Positions 28,424 to 37,465 of a DNA stretch of 64,000 bases are shown in pieces; position 1 is the first letter of the stretch; each line of letters opens with the position of its first letter. Source of the DNA: Candidatus Rifleibacteriota bacterium (GTDB taxonomy: Bacteria; Muiribacteriota; Ozemobacteria; Ozemobacterales; Ozemobacteraceae). Location of the stretch: NCBI GenBank assembly GCA_028689875.1, contig JAQVCG010000002.1:3086-67085 (forward strand). The letters are read 5' to 3'. Made by a program: the position numbers and the translations under genes. The notes under the pieces were generated by a model. It ran no database searches, was not told the origin of the DNA, and saw only the letters and a list, made by a program, of their open reading frames with translations.

Positions 28424-30736
28424 TTGCAGATGAGTTTAAATTTACAACGAAAAAATAGCGGGATGCTGTTACTTGTTGTTATTGGCGTGATAGGCGTCGT
28501 ATTCATTATCTTTATTTCGATGGTTGACAGAGTCCGGCAAGAAAGTGCCGTAACAAACCGAGTTGCCATAAACGAGCGCTTGTACCAGGTGTCTTCAGCT
28601 ATCGGGCGCTTGGCAATCAAGAAAATACAGAAAAAGTTTGAATTACGCGATTCGGGGTTCGGAAAAGAAATATTTGAATCTGCAGGCAAGACGGGCGAAA
28701 TTATGAAAGGCTCATTAACCTCAGAGTTAAAGGGCACTGTCGCGGGAATTGATATAATAGACGATCTTATAAAATCTTTTAAAGATGAGTGGGGCGATAA
28801 CGGAAAACTCGACTTTGATGTAGATTACAGTGTTGCTCTTATTAAAGACGGCTTTAACCCGCCATACACCGGGTTTACGGGCGATAAAAATAATCTTGAA
28901 ACTAAAGGGCACATAGATGTCACGGTTACTGCCAAGCATCAAAAAATTACGAAAAAATTCACAATCAGAAAAGAATTCTTTCTGGTTCGGCTGCTGCCGG
29001 GGCCATTTTATAGATTTACTCTCTTTGCCAAAGAGGGTTCAAATCTGGATGATAAATATGCAAATAACACTGAAGTTGACGGAACAGGCAAGGTGGTGTC
29101 GGGCAAAAATCCTCTTGTTTGTATAAACCGTATGTATACCACTTCTAAGGCGAAAACTGTCGATTATAGCGAGACTGCTTTTTCTGCAATCGGTGAGAAC
29201 AATTTTGTAAACAATGGCTGGATATATATGGGGCTGGGTGATAAGAAAGGGCAAGTAAACTCTGAAGGAGACAGAGGACTAATACTAAATATCCCCACAG
29301 GGCTTGGTGACGACGGGCTAAATACCAAATTCGGCGAATATTTTCACTTTTATTTTCATCCCAAATCAGAGGGTTGGGTGCTTTATGAACCTTTTACTAA
29401 TGTACTGCACTCTTTAGGATATGATTCAAAAAATGATATTTCATTTGTTTATGTAGATTATGGGGTCTTTAAGGGTATAGATAAAATCGAATTCCCCCCT
29501 GATGGCGGCACGCCGTATAACCTCTTTAAGAACTCATTCGAAGATTACGATAAAACTTTTAAGACTGCGAATTACGGCAGATCATGTTTTAAATCTTCTT
29601 CTGTCTGGTATGGCAGCTCTATGCGACTATTCGGGACAATCAAACACTGTACGCCGACTATCATTTTTGGACCTGTAAGAAGGCGTTATGTTAGAACTTT
29701 CGGGTTTATTTTTACATGGAAAGGCGTTAGCCGAGTTTATGCAATCGCTTTAAAGAGCACCGAAGCTTTTAAAAAAGACCTGTATGATAATAGTAGCGGC
29801 TCAATAGCGAGTGAAATAAAGAACTGGCTCTCGAATAAGTATGATTATGATTATGATGTCGGGGCATACGATGATTTTGGGCAAAAATTTAAGGCGCATA
29901 TTGAGAGTGACAGCTTTCCGAGATACCGTGATATAGTGCCGCAAGTATTAGATTACGAGCCGTATAACCAGGCTTTGCATAATTTGTGCGACCCGACCAG
30001 CACTGATAAACCTTGGCAAGATGTAGTGGGAAAAGTAGATGGGACCTATATGCCGACACCGGCTAAGCGCGATGAATTGATGCAGTCTGATTATAAATTT
30101 AACAACGACGTAAATTTGCATTATAATGGCGATATTCAGGGTATTGCTTTGACAGACAGTTACATGAAAGATCGCGTTACATATTTAATTCCTAAGGATG
30201 GGAAAGAGACTTCACTTAAAAACTGTAAGTTTTTCCAAGATACTTTTGTTGAGCAAGAGGGTGGAGAAAATCACCTCTTTTTAAATCAAATTGTAGAATT
30301 TGAAGGAAATCTTCTGATCGATCAAGACTTGGTTGTTCAAAAGGGCGGAATGATAATATGCGATGGCGATATTACTGTTAAAGGCAAAATAACAAATCCT
30401 TTCCTTGAAGGCGCAGGTGCAGGAAGTCCCGACAACTTTGGGTGGCTGAGTTTAATTTCGAGAAAGGGCAACATTAACTTTGTAGTTAAAAAGGAATCTG
30501 TTGTTCCGCAGGCTCATGGTTTTTTTGTGGCGAAAAAAGATGTGCTTGTTAATAATAGATTGCATATTATAGGCGGTGTTGTAACCGAGAAAATGGAAAG
30601 TTTGGTAGATAATAGCTGTGTGATACAATGGGGTTTTCATCCTGAAGAGATCGCCGGCGGCAAAGATTTGACGTGTCGTGACTTTTATGGTCTTGCAATT
30701 GGGCCGCGCGATATAGAAATAATTACAGAGGAATAG
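28424..30736 (+). CDS. large hypothetical protein with single N-terminal TM anchor and ~730-aa extracytoplasmic region
   Basis: A 770-aa ORF. Its N-terminus MQMSLNLQRKNSGMLLLVVIGVIGVVFIIFISM looks like a signal anchor, not a canonical G-FTLIE prepilin leader. It has no recognisable enzymatic motif and is Gly/Asp/Tyr-rich. It is followed 40 nt downstream by an ECF sigma/anti-sigma pair and two pseudopilin genes. Confidence 0.5.
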   Translation: MQMSLNLQRKNSGMLLLVVIGVIGVVFIIFISMVDRVRQESAVTNRVAINERLYQVSSAIGRLAIKKIQKKFELRDSGFGKEIFESAGKTGEIMKGSLTSELKGTVAGIDIIDDLIKSFKDEWGDNGKLDFDVDYSVALIKDGFNPPYTGFTGDKNNLETKGHIDVTVTAKHQKITKKFTIRKEFFLVRLLPGPFYRFTLFAKEGSNLDDKYANNTEVDGTGKVVSGKNPLVCINRMYTTSKAKTVDYSETAFSAIGENNFVNNGWIYMGLGDKKGQVNSEGDRGLILNIPTGLGDDGLNTKFGEYFHFYFHPKSEGWVLYEPFTNVLHSLGYDSKNDISFVYVDYGVFKGIDKIEFPPDGGTPYNLFKNSFEDYDKTFKTANYGRSCFKSSSVWYGSSMRLFGTIKHCTPTIIFGPVRRRYVRTFGFIFTWKGVSRVYAIALKSTEAFKKDLYDNSSGSIASEIKNWLSNKYDYDYDVGAYDDFGQKFKAHIESDSFPRYRDIVPQVLDYEPYNQALHNLCDPTSTDKPWQDVVGKVDGTYMPTPAKRDELMQSDYKFNNDVNLHYNGDIQGIALTDSYMKDRVTYLIPKDGKETSLKNCKFFQDTFVEQEGGENHLFLNQIVEFEGNLLIDQDLVVQKGGMIICDGDITVKGKITNPFLEGAGAGSPDNFGWLSLISRKGNINFVVKKESVVPQAHGFFVAKKDVLVNNRLHIIGGVVTEKMESLVDNSCVIQWGFHPEEIAGGKDLTCRDFYGLAIGPRDIEIITEE

Positions 30737-30776
30737 AATATTTTTAAACTTTTTTAAAACTATTCGGTAATATATA

Positions 30777-31355
30777 ATGAGCAGGCAGGAAAAAAGTGAT
30801 GTTGAGCTAGTAAAACTTGTGCTTAGCGGAGAATGCGAAGCATACTCTGCTTTGGTACAAAGATATGAAAAGCTAGTCTTCAGTTTTTTGTTGTCTCGTA
30901 TGAATTCTATTCATGATATCGAAGATATTGTCCAAGATTCTTTTGTTAAGGCTTACAAGCATTTGGCAAGCTTTGATTGTGAACGTAAGTTTTCGGCTTG
31001 GCTGTTGACTATTGCACGAAACATAATGATCGACAGTCGTCGTAAGTCGAGCAGGGATTTACCTTCAACCGATTTGGTTAATGACGTGCTTTTAACTGAT
31101 TCAGCAAAGGAAGAAAGTGAACAACCGGCCGATATTTTGATTAGACGTGAGCGATTTCGTAAAATTCTGATGTTGATTCGAGAATTGCCCGAAGAATTTA
31201 AGACGCCTTTCCTTTTGCGAATTGTTAACGAGATGAGCTATCAAGACATTGCCGATTCAATTGGAATTCCGCTTCAGACGGTAAAAAACAGAATCTTTAA
31301 AGCTAGAACTTTACTCAGAGAAAAAAGGGAAAAAAAAGATGAAATGCCTAACTAA
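30777..31355 (+). CDS. ECF (group IV) RNA polymerase sigma factor
   Basis: A 192-aa ORF. The region 2 pattern reads DIEDIVQDSFVKAYKHLASFDCERKFSAWLLTIARNIMIDSRRK. The region 4 HTH reads MSYQDIADSIGIPLQTVKNRIFKAR. Confidence 0.8.
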   Translation: MSRQEKSDVELVKLVLSGECEAYSALVQRYEKLVFSFLLSRMNSIHDIEDIVQDSFVKAYKHLASFDCERKFSAWLLTIARNIMIDSRRKSSRDLPSTDLVNDVLLTDSAKEESEQPADILIRRERFRKILMLIRELPEEFKTPFLLRIVNEMSYQDIADSIGIPLQTVKNRIFKARTLLREKREKKDEMPN

Positions 31356-32397
31356 AGAAAAATTGATTCTTTACGTGGAAGCCCTGATATCAGACGACGG
31401 AGCTTTAGGCAATACCCATTCTGTGAAAGAATTAAAAAAACATCTTGAAACCTGCAAGAGTTGCTCTGATTCTGTAAATTCTATGATTGAAGAAGACAAA
31501 GTCTTAAAAGAAGAGATCGGCAAGTTGTTTGAACGGCATTCGCAGGCCGGCGCAATCATGGAAAAAGTTCGCAAAATGCCGTTGCCTCAAAAAACGTCTT
31601 CATCTTGGTCGCCCGAATTGGTTAAGCTGTTTTTTAAATGGTTTTTCCCAGCTTTGGCGCTGTTTTTGATTGCAATAATATCTTTTATGAGATTGCCTTC
31701 AAAAGAAGATAAAATTCGTAAAAATGTTACTCTGGTTTCATTACGGGCACTTGATTCGAGCTCGTATTATAACAATGCATCTGTTCTTGGGCCTGTGTTT
31801 GATAAGGTCGAAATAGACGAATTGTCTGGATTTGGATTAAACGGCAAATTCAAAATGACTCTAGAGAACGATTCATTATCAGAACTTAACATAGTCGGTA
31901 GTATGAGCGTAAAAATTGATGACAGATCTTTTTTGAGTTTTGAGGGTCAGGATATAAATATTGAACTAATTAATGGGCGTGATTTACCTTTGTCAGTAAA
32001 CGGGGCATTGAAAATTGTAAGCAAAGACCATAAAATTAGTATTGAGCGCAAACTAGAAAAACCTGAAGAATCACTTGAAACCGGTAAAATCGACGAGGCT
32101 TCAGTAGACGCCGTCGTTAAGGCAGGCACAAAGGCATTAGCACCGAGCAACGATAACATACTTCCCGAAGACTTGCCTTCTTATAAGAAAAACACAGAAC
32201 AAGAAAAAGAAAATTTTGGGGCAAAATTGAAATTCAGATTGCGAAGTTTGCCTGAGGCTATTTACATCAAGCCTGAAGAAATTAGCTCGGAGGGCGTTGA
32301 CGTTTCGGATGATTCATCATACCATGATGATAAGACTGCTTTAACAGAAGAAAGTTATAAACCTTTCGACGGTAAAGCGTTTAAATATAAGGACTGA
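31339..32397 (+). CDS. membrane-spanning anti-sigma factor with N-terminal zinc-finger (ZAS-like HxxxCxxC)
   Basis: A 352-aa ORF overlapping the sigma gene by 17 nt. It contains HLETCKSCSD (H-x3-C-x2-C) within the first 45 aa, a single TM helix (FFPALALFLIAIISFMRL at ~95-115), and a ~235-aa extracytoplasmic domain. Confidence 0.6.
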   Translation: MKCLTKEKLILYVEALISDDGALGNTHSVKELKKHLETCKSCSDSVNSMIEEDKVLKEEIGKLFERHSQAGAIMEKVRKMPLPQKTSSSWSPELVKLFFKWFFPALALFLIAIISFMRLPSKEDKIRKNVTLVSLRALDSSSYYNNASVLGPVFDKVEIDELSGFGLNGKFKMTLENDSLSELNIVGSMSVKIDDRSFLSFEGQDINIELINGRDLPLSVNGALKIVSKDHKISIERKLEKPEESLETGKIDEASVDAVVKAGTKALAPSNDNILPEDLPSYKKNTEQEKENFGAKLKFRLRSLPEAIYIKPEEISSEGVDVSDDSSYHDDKTALTEESYKPFDGKAFKYKD

Positions 32398-32399
32398 AA

Positions 32400-32897
32400 A
32401 TGAGTGAAACTGCGTTTAATCGGCGCGCCTTTACAATGATCGAGGTCGTTGTTGCCGTAATGCTTATTGCAATGGCGTTTGTGCCGATGCTGAATTTGTT
32501 TAAATTTGGTAGTCAGGGAACGGTTAACAATGTTAACGAAGTTACTGCCACGAATTACGCCTCTGACTTAGTTAATTTTGTAAGAGAGATTCAGCATTAT
32601 AAGCTTGAAGAAGTTATTAAAGATAAAATTGAGCTGAGTGGCGACACAAAAATTAAAGACTTTTTCACTCAACAGTTAAAGTTGAACCCGCCGCCGCTCG
32701 TTGAAGAGCCTTTTGAAAGAAGTATTGAAATTAAACGCTATGATGGTGCGCCTAAGAATTGGCTGGGAGCTATAATAGCAGTAATTAAGAAACGACAGGT
32801 TGTGAATAGTTTTCTTTTTTCTGTGACCGTTACTTTCCCTCGACCATCTAAGTCAGGTAAAGATAAAGTGAAGCTGTTTTCGATGGTGGTTGAGTAA
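32400..32897 (+). CDS. pseudopilin / type IV pilin-like protein (prepilin-type N-terminal domain)
   Basis: A 165-aa ORF. The N-terminus MSETAFNRRAFTMIEVVVAVMLIAMAFVP has a basic leader, an F-T-M-I-E core with Glu at +5, and a hydrophobic helix. Position -1 is Ala rather than Gly. Confidence 0.6.
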   Translation: MSETAFNRRAFTMIEVVVAVMLIAMAFVPMLNLFKFGSQGTVNNVNEVTATNYASDLVNFVREIQHYKLEEVIKDKIELSGDTKIKDFFTQQLKLNPPPLVEEPFERSIEIKRYDGAPKNWLGAIIAVIKKRQVVNSFLFSVTVTFPRPSKSGKDKVKLFSMVVE

Positions 32898-33502
32898 TGA
32901 AAAACGCAAAAAATAAACTTGGTTTTTCGATGACAGAAATAATGGTTATAGTTGTGGTGGCAAGTATGATGGCCACCGTGGGTTATAAAATAATGTCGAC
33001 GGTTTTTTCGCACTTTTCAAAGAGCCAAAGCAAGCTGACTAACCTAAGAATGGCTAACGTCGCAGTTGAAAGGATAAAGTCAGATATAAGGTCTGCTGTT
33101 ATTCCGGCAAGTGAAAGTGAGAAACCTAAAATTGAAGATAAAAAATGTAGCTTTTGTATAACTGACAATAAGGGCAAAAACACCAGGTCTATGGTCGAGT
33201 ATGAGTTTAAAAACAACGCTCTGACGCGAACATACAACGGAGAAAGCAGAAATCTTACGGGTAAAGTGCAAATTACAGATATGAAATTTAGCGAAGTAGT
33301 TGAGGAAGAAAGTAAAAACAGGGCTTTATCAATAAAAATTACTGTAGACAGAGACAAAGACCTAGAGGGACGTACAAAATCGAATAAAATGAATGTGGTA
33401 GAATTAGAAACTATTTTTTACCCGAAGTTTTATGAAGAGTGTTTATCTGTCGAGGAAAAATACTGGAACAATGCAAGGCGAAATGCCACAGGAGGAGTAT
33501 AA
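32897..33502 (+). CDS. pseudopilin / type IV pilin-like protein (prepilin-type N-terminal cleavage/methylation domain)
   Basis: A 201-aa ORF. The N-terminus MKNAKNKLGFSMTEIMVIVVVASMMATVGY is a canonical G|FSMTE prepilin peptidase site. It overlaps the upstream pilin stop by 1 nt. Confidence 0.65.
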   Translation: MKNAKNKLGFSMTEIMVIVVVASMMATVGYKIMSTVFSHFSKSQSKLTNLRMANVAVERIKSDIRSAVIPASESEKPKIEDKKCSFCITDNKGKNTRSMVEYEFKNNALTRTYNGESRNLTGKVQITDMKFSEVVEEESKNRALSIKITVDRDKDLEGRTKSNKMNVVELETIFYPKFYEECLSVEEKYWNNARRNATGGV

Positions 33503-33966
33503 TGAAAAAGTCTGTCTTTCTTTTAGTTGCAGTGATCGTTCTTTTTGCAGCATCGCTTGATGCAAAAACTCATACAATAAAAACCGGAGACACCCTCTGG
33601 GATTTAGCAGCCACTAATTATGGCGACCCGACTCTTTACACTGTTTTATTAGAGGTAAACGGCATCACAAATCCGAGAACAATATTAAATGGAACCGTTA
33701 TTGTTATACCAGATAAAAGCACAATGAAAGAAATTGCCAACGAAACAGACAAGACTAAACGCAAAAATTTGATAAAAAATGCAAGCGGTAATAAAGGAAA
33801 TTCAGATGTTTCTGAAGATACTAACCCGAATACAAGTAATCAGCCAAAAGATCAGGTTTCTCGCAAGAGAGTTAAGCTCAACGAACGAGATCTATCTTTT
33901 GAAGGTGTTCTCGGTGGCCCTAAGACTACAGCCGACACTTTGATTAAGGTAAACGAAACAAAATAA
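33502..33966 (+). CDS. secreted LysM-domain protein
   Basis: The track ORF begins at 33439. I place the start at the ATG at 33502-33504. That ATG overlaps the upstream stop as TAATG and is preceded by GGAGGAG 5 nt upstream. A signal peptide MKKSVFLLVAVIVLFAASLDA is followed by a LysM motif HTIKTGDTLWDLAATNYGDPTLYTVLLEVNGITNPRTILNGTVIVIP. The C-terminus is low-complexity and N/K/S-rich. Confidence 0.65.
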   Translation: MKKSVFLLVAVIVLFAASLDAKTHTIKTGDTLWDLAATNYGDPTLYTVLLEVNGITNPRTILNGTVIVIPDKSTMKEIANETDKTKRKNLIKNASGNKGNSDVSEDTNPNTSNQPKDQVSRKRVKLNERDLSFEGVLGGPKTTADTLIKVNETK

Positions 33967-33987
33967 GAGTTTAATCAATTAAAAAAA

Positions 33988-34019
33988 GGTAATATGAATA
34001 TATTCATGTTACCTTTTTT
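33988..34019 (+). terminator. rho-independent terminator after the LysM gene
   Basis: A 12-bp stem, GGTAATATGAAT (33988-33999) pairing with ATTCATGTTACC (34002-34013), has one G-U pair and a tight loop. It is followed by TTTTTT (34014-34019) and preceded by an A-run, so it could act bidirectionally. Confidence 0.6.
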
Positions 34020-34028
34020 CTATTAATG

Positions 34029-34057
34029 TTGACTTTTATTTTTATGAAATGTATTCT
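34029..34057 (+). promoter_or_regulatory. putative sigma70-type promoter of the glutamate mutase operon
   Basis: TTGACT (34029-34034), a 17-nt spacer, and TATTCT (34052-34057). This implies a ~115-nt 5' leader before glmS at 34174. The leader contains a 6-bp hairpin, CTGTAA-TGTT-TTACAG, at 34130-34145. Confidence 0.35.
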
Positions 34058-34173
34058 AAATACTGTTTGAGACTATATAATTAAAAACTCGATAGGCTTT
34101 TACGGTTTTATAATGTGTGAGTGTTTAAGACTGTAATGTTTTACAGGTTTATCGATAATCAAGGAAAGAAATT

Positions 34174-34596
34174 ATGTCGACACCGTACAACATTGTTCTC
34201 GGAGTAATCGGTTCAGATTGTCATTCGGTAGGAAACAAAATTCTAGAAGCGTATTTTACCGAAAATGGTTTCAATGTAACTAATTTAGGTGTTATGGTGA
34301 GCCAGGAAGAATTTATTGCAGCCGCCATTGAGACCGGCGCAAAAGCCATTTTGGTTTCGAGTTTATACGGGCACGGCGAAATTGACTGTGCCGGTTTGCG
34401 CGAAAAGTGCATCGAAAAAGGCTTAGAAGACATAATACTATATGTTGGTGGCAACTTGGTTGTTGGTAAAGTTCCATTTGAACAAGTTGTAGAAAAATTT
34501 CAAAAAATGGGTTTTGATCGCGTTTTCAGCAATGAAGGTTCTCTTGATGAAGAAGCTGAATTGTTGCGAAAGGATATTCAAGAAAGACTAAAATGA
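34174..34596 (+). CDS. glmS: glutamate mutase sigma (S) subunit, B12-binding (methylaspartate mutase small subunit)
   Basis: A 140-aa ORF. Its [99 protein letters not shown] aligns almost residue-for-residue in pattern with Clostridium GlmS ([23 protein letters not shown]...VSSLYGQGEIDCKGLREKC, from memory). This includes the DxHxxG cobalamin-binding motif (SDCHSVG). RBS AAGGAAAG. Confidence 0.9.
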   Translation: MSTPYNIVLGVIGSDCHSVGNKILEAYFTENGFNVTNLGVMVSQEEFIAAAIETGAKAILVSSLYGHGEIDCAGLREKCIEKGLEDIILYVGGNLVVGKVPFEQVVEKFQKMGFDRVFSNEGSLDEEAELLRKDIQERLK

Positions 34597-36002
34597 TTCC
34601 TCAAAAGATTATCTGTGTTGATATCGGCTCGACATACACAAAAGGCGCTGTTTTCAACCCGACAGAGGATCGTTTTAATGTGAGCGCCCGCGCGGTTGTG
34701 CCTACCACGGTAAATTACCTTCCGGATGGTTTTTATAAGGTTCTTGAGGCGCTGATCCCCGGCTCTGGCTCAAAGCAGGCTTATGATAAAGCGGAATTTC
34801 CCGTTTTCTTTTCTTCGTCCGCTAAGGGCGGCCTTAAAATTGCCGTAATCGGGCTGGTGCCTGAGATGTCTCTAAATATCGCTCGTTTGGCAGCATTCTC
34901 GGCCGGTGCAAGGGTTTGTGCCGCTTTCCCATACCGCTTGGGCAAGGCTAATATTGCGCAAATCGAAAGTTTGGCGCCAGATATTCTGCTTTTCTGTGGC
35001 GGCACTGACGGCGGCAATGAACGCTACGCACTCGAAAATTCGAAAATGATTGCTGCCTCAAAATTTGCAGGCACCATAATTTATGCCGGGAATAATTTTG
35101 TGGCCGATGAAGTGGCTGAAACACTCTCTAACAAAGATATTGTGGTTACCGAAAACGTTATGCCCGATTTTGGCAAACTAAATATAGAGCCGGTCAGAGA
35201 CGCCATTAGAAAAGTTTTCTTAGAAAAAATTATTTCAGGGAAAGGCCTAGATGAGCTTGTCAAAAAGTTCGAAACCTTGCCTGTTCCAACGCCGCTCGCA
35301 GTTTTTAATCTTGCAAAGGCAATCGGCGAAAATGTTAAAGACTGGGATAACTTCGCCATTATCGATATGGGTGGCGCTACAACCGATTTTTATTCTTATA
35401 CCAATGCTTTTCATTATGACGGCGAAACAGTAATGAAGGGTATCTTAGAACCTATTTTGAAAAGAACCGTCGAAGGTGACCTCGGTATGAGGGTTAGCGC
35501 AGAATCAACTTACGAGACGGGAACAGATTATTTTGGCTCTATAGGCTTTGACGAAAGCAAATTAAACGAACTTAAAAATTATACTTTAAAAGTCTCTGAA
35601 TCACCCGAGTATTTGCCCGAAAATGAAAAAGAAAAAATGTTCGACCGTAGCTTGGCAGGAGCTTGTATTTATCATTCTTTGCTAAGACACGCCGGCACAA
35701 TTGAAGAAGTTTTCACAATTAAAGGCCGTATTTGGGCGCAAATAGGTAAAGATCTAAGAAAAATAAATAAAATAATTGGTACCGGTGGTTATTTGGCAGC
35801 CATGGGGCGAAACAATGAAAAGATTATTATTCCCTCTGAGCCAAGCACTCCCTGCGAAAAAATTCCCCTCTTACCACAAAAATTCACATATCACGCCGAT
35901 AACACATATATTTTGCCGCTTCTTGCCAACTTAGCGGAAAAATATCCAAAACAATGTGCTGTTACCGCAATAGAATCGTTGATCAATGAGCAGCAAAATT
36001 GA
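34593..36002 (+). CDS. glmL: glutamate mutase-associated protein GlmL/MutL (putative reactivating chaperone, ASKHA-like fold)
   Basis: A 469-aa ORF. It overlaps glmS by 4 nt and glmE by 4 nt, matching the conserved glmS-glmL-glmE order. Its size matches Clostridium GlmL (~460 aa). The N-terminal [16 protein letters not shown] resembles the ASKHA phosphate-1 motif. Confidence 0.75.
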   Translation: MIPQKIICVDIGSTYTKGAVFNPTEDRFNVSARAVVPTTVNYLPDGFYKVLEALIPGSGSKQAYDKAEFPVFFSSSAKGGLKIAVIGLVPEMSLNIARLAAFSAGARVCAAFPYRLGKANIAQIESLAPDILLFCGGTDGGNERYALENSKMIAASKFAGTIIYAGNNFVADEVAETLSNKDIVVTENVMPDFGKLNIEPVRDAIRKVFLEKIISGKGLDELVKKFETLPVPTPLAVFNLAKAIGENVKDWDNFAIIDMGGATTDFYSYTNAFHYDGETVMKGILEPILKRTVEGDLGMRVSAESTYETGTDYFGSIGFDESKLNELKNYTLKVSESPEYLPENEKEKMFDRSLAGACIYHSLLRHAGTIEEVFTIKGRIWAQIGKDLRKINKIIGTGGYLAAMGRNNEKIIIPSEPSTPCEKIPLLPQKFTYHADNTYILPLLANLAEKYPKQCAVTAIESLINEQQN

Positions 36003-37465
36003 ACGAAGGAGCCCCAACTGTGAGCGTTTACAAAATTAGTGACGAAAAATTTAACGAAATCCGCAATGAAATACTTGCAACCTGGCCGACCGGTAAAGAT
36101 ATTGACTTCGAGGAAGCAATCAAATATCAGCAGGTTATTCCCGAATCAAAAAACTTTGCTGTTGCAATGAAAAAGGCCGCTGAAGAAAAAAGAACTTTGC
36201 TGCAGCCCAGAGCCGGAGTTGCATTGGTGCCCGAACACATCACTTTGCTTAAATACCTCGAAACAGAGGGTGAAGCTGATTTGTTGCCAACAACAATCGA
36301 CGCATATACAAGATTAAATCGATACGAAAACGCCGCAGAAGGCGTTGAAAAATCGTTGAATGCCAGAACCTCACTGTTAAACGGGTTCCCGGCAGTAAAT
36401 CACGGCTTAGCCGGCTGCCGAATGGTCACTGAAGCTGTAAAATCACCGATTCAGGTGCGCCACGGCACTCCCGATGCCCGACTGCTTGCTGAAATAACAT
36501 TGGCAGGCGGCTTTACAAGCTTCGAGGGCGGCGGCATATCTTATAATATTCCATACGCTAAAAAAGTTCCGCTTCAAAAATCAATCGACGATTGGAAATA
36601 TGTTGACAGACTCGTCGGTAAATACGAAGAACGCGGCATTCATATAAATCGTGAACCGTTCGGCCCTCTTACCGGCACTCTGGTTCCACCCTGTGTAAGC
36701 CACGTTGTAGCTATCGTTGAAGGAATTTTGGCTTTGAGACAGGGCGTCAAATCAATTACACTCGGCTATGGTCAAGGCGGAAATTTAGTGCAGGACGTTT
36801 CGGCAATATTGTCACTTAAAGCACTTGCACACGAATATTTTGAACGCGAAGGTTTTAACGAATACGACCTTACAACTGTTTTCCATCAATGGATGGGCGG
36901 TTTCCCTCCTGATGAAGCAAAAGCTTTTGCTGTAATCAGTTTAGGCGCAACTGTTGCAGTATTATCAGGAGCCGATAAAGTTATCGTTAAAACACCTCAC
37001 GAAGCAAAAGGAATTCCGACAAAAGAAGCTAATGCACAGGGTATAAAAGCAACAAGACAAGCTGTTAATATGTTGCGTGACCAAAGATTCCCGGTGAGCG
37101 AAGAGCAAAACATCGAAACCGAACAGATTAAAAAGGAAGTTCGCAGTTTGATGGATGCAATTTATAGATTAGGTGAAGGCGATATAGAAAAAGGCGTGGT
37201 AGCAGCAGTAGAAGCTGGTGCGCTTGATGTTCCGTTTGCGCCTGCAGTATGCAATCACGGCAAAATTTTGCCAATGCGCGACAATAACGGTTACATCAGA
37301 ATATTTAACAAAGGCAATATGGCATTAAGCGATGAAATCATGGCATATCACCGCGAAAAACTTGAGGAACGCGCAAAAGTCGAAGGGCGAAATGTGTGCT
37401 TCCAAATGGTTACAGACGATATTTACGCAATAAGCAAAGGTGCTTTGGTAGGGAGACCAAGATGA
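35999..37465 (+). CDS. glmE: glutamate mutase epsilon (E) catalytic subunit (methylaspartate mutase large subunit)
   Basis: A 488-aa ORF in the conserved position between glmL and mal. Its size matches GlmE (~483 aa). It has a TIM-barrel-like composition. It is coupled to mal by an ATGA overlap. Confidence 0.85.
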   Translation: MNEGAPTVSVYKISDEKFNEIRNEILATWPTGKDIDFEEAIKYQQVIPESKNFAVAMKKAAEEKRTLLQPRAGVALVPEHITLLKYLETEGEADLLPTTIDAYTRLNRYENAAEGVEKSLNARTSLLNGFPAVNHGLAGCRMVTEAVKSPIQVRHGTPDARLLAEITLAGGFTSFEGGGISYNIPYAKKVPLQKSIDDWKYVDRLVGKYEERGIHINREPFGPLTGTLVPPCVSHVVAIVEGILALRQGVKSITLGYGQGGNLVQDVSAILSLKALAHEYFEREGFNEYDLTTVFHQWMGGFPPDEAKAFAVISLGATVAVLSGADKVIVKTPHEAKGIPTKEANAQGIKATRQAVNMLRDQRFPVSEEQNIETEQIKKEVRSLMDAIYRLGEGDIEKGVVAAVEAGALDVPFAPAVCNHGKILPMRDNNGYIRIFNKGNMALSDEIMAYHREKLEERAKVEGRNVCFQMVTDDIYAISKGALVGRPR

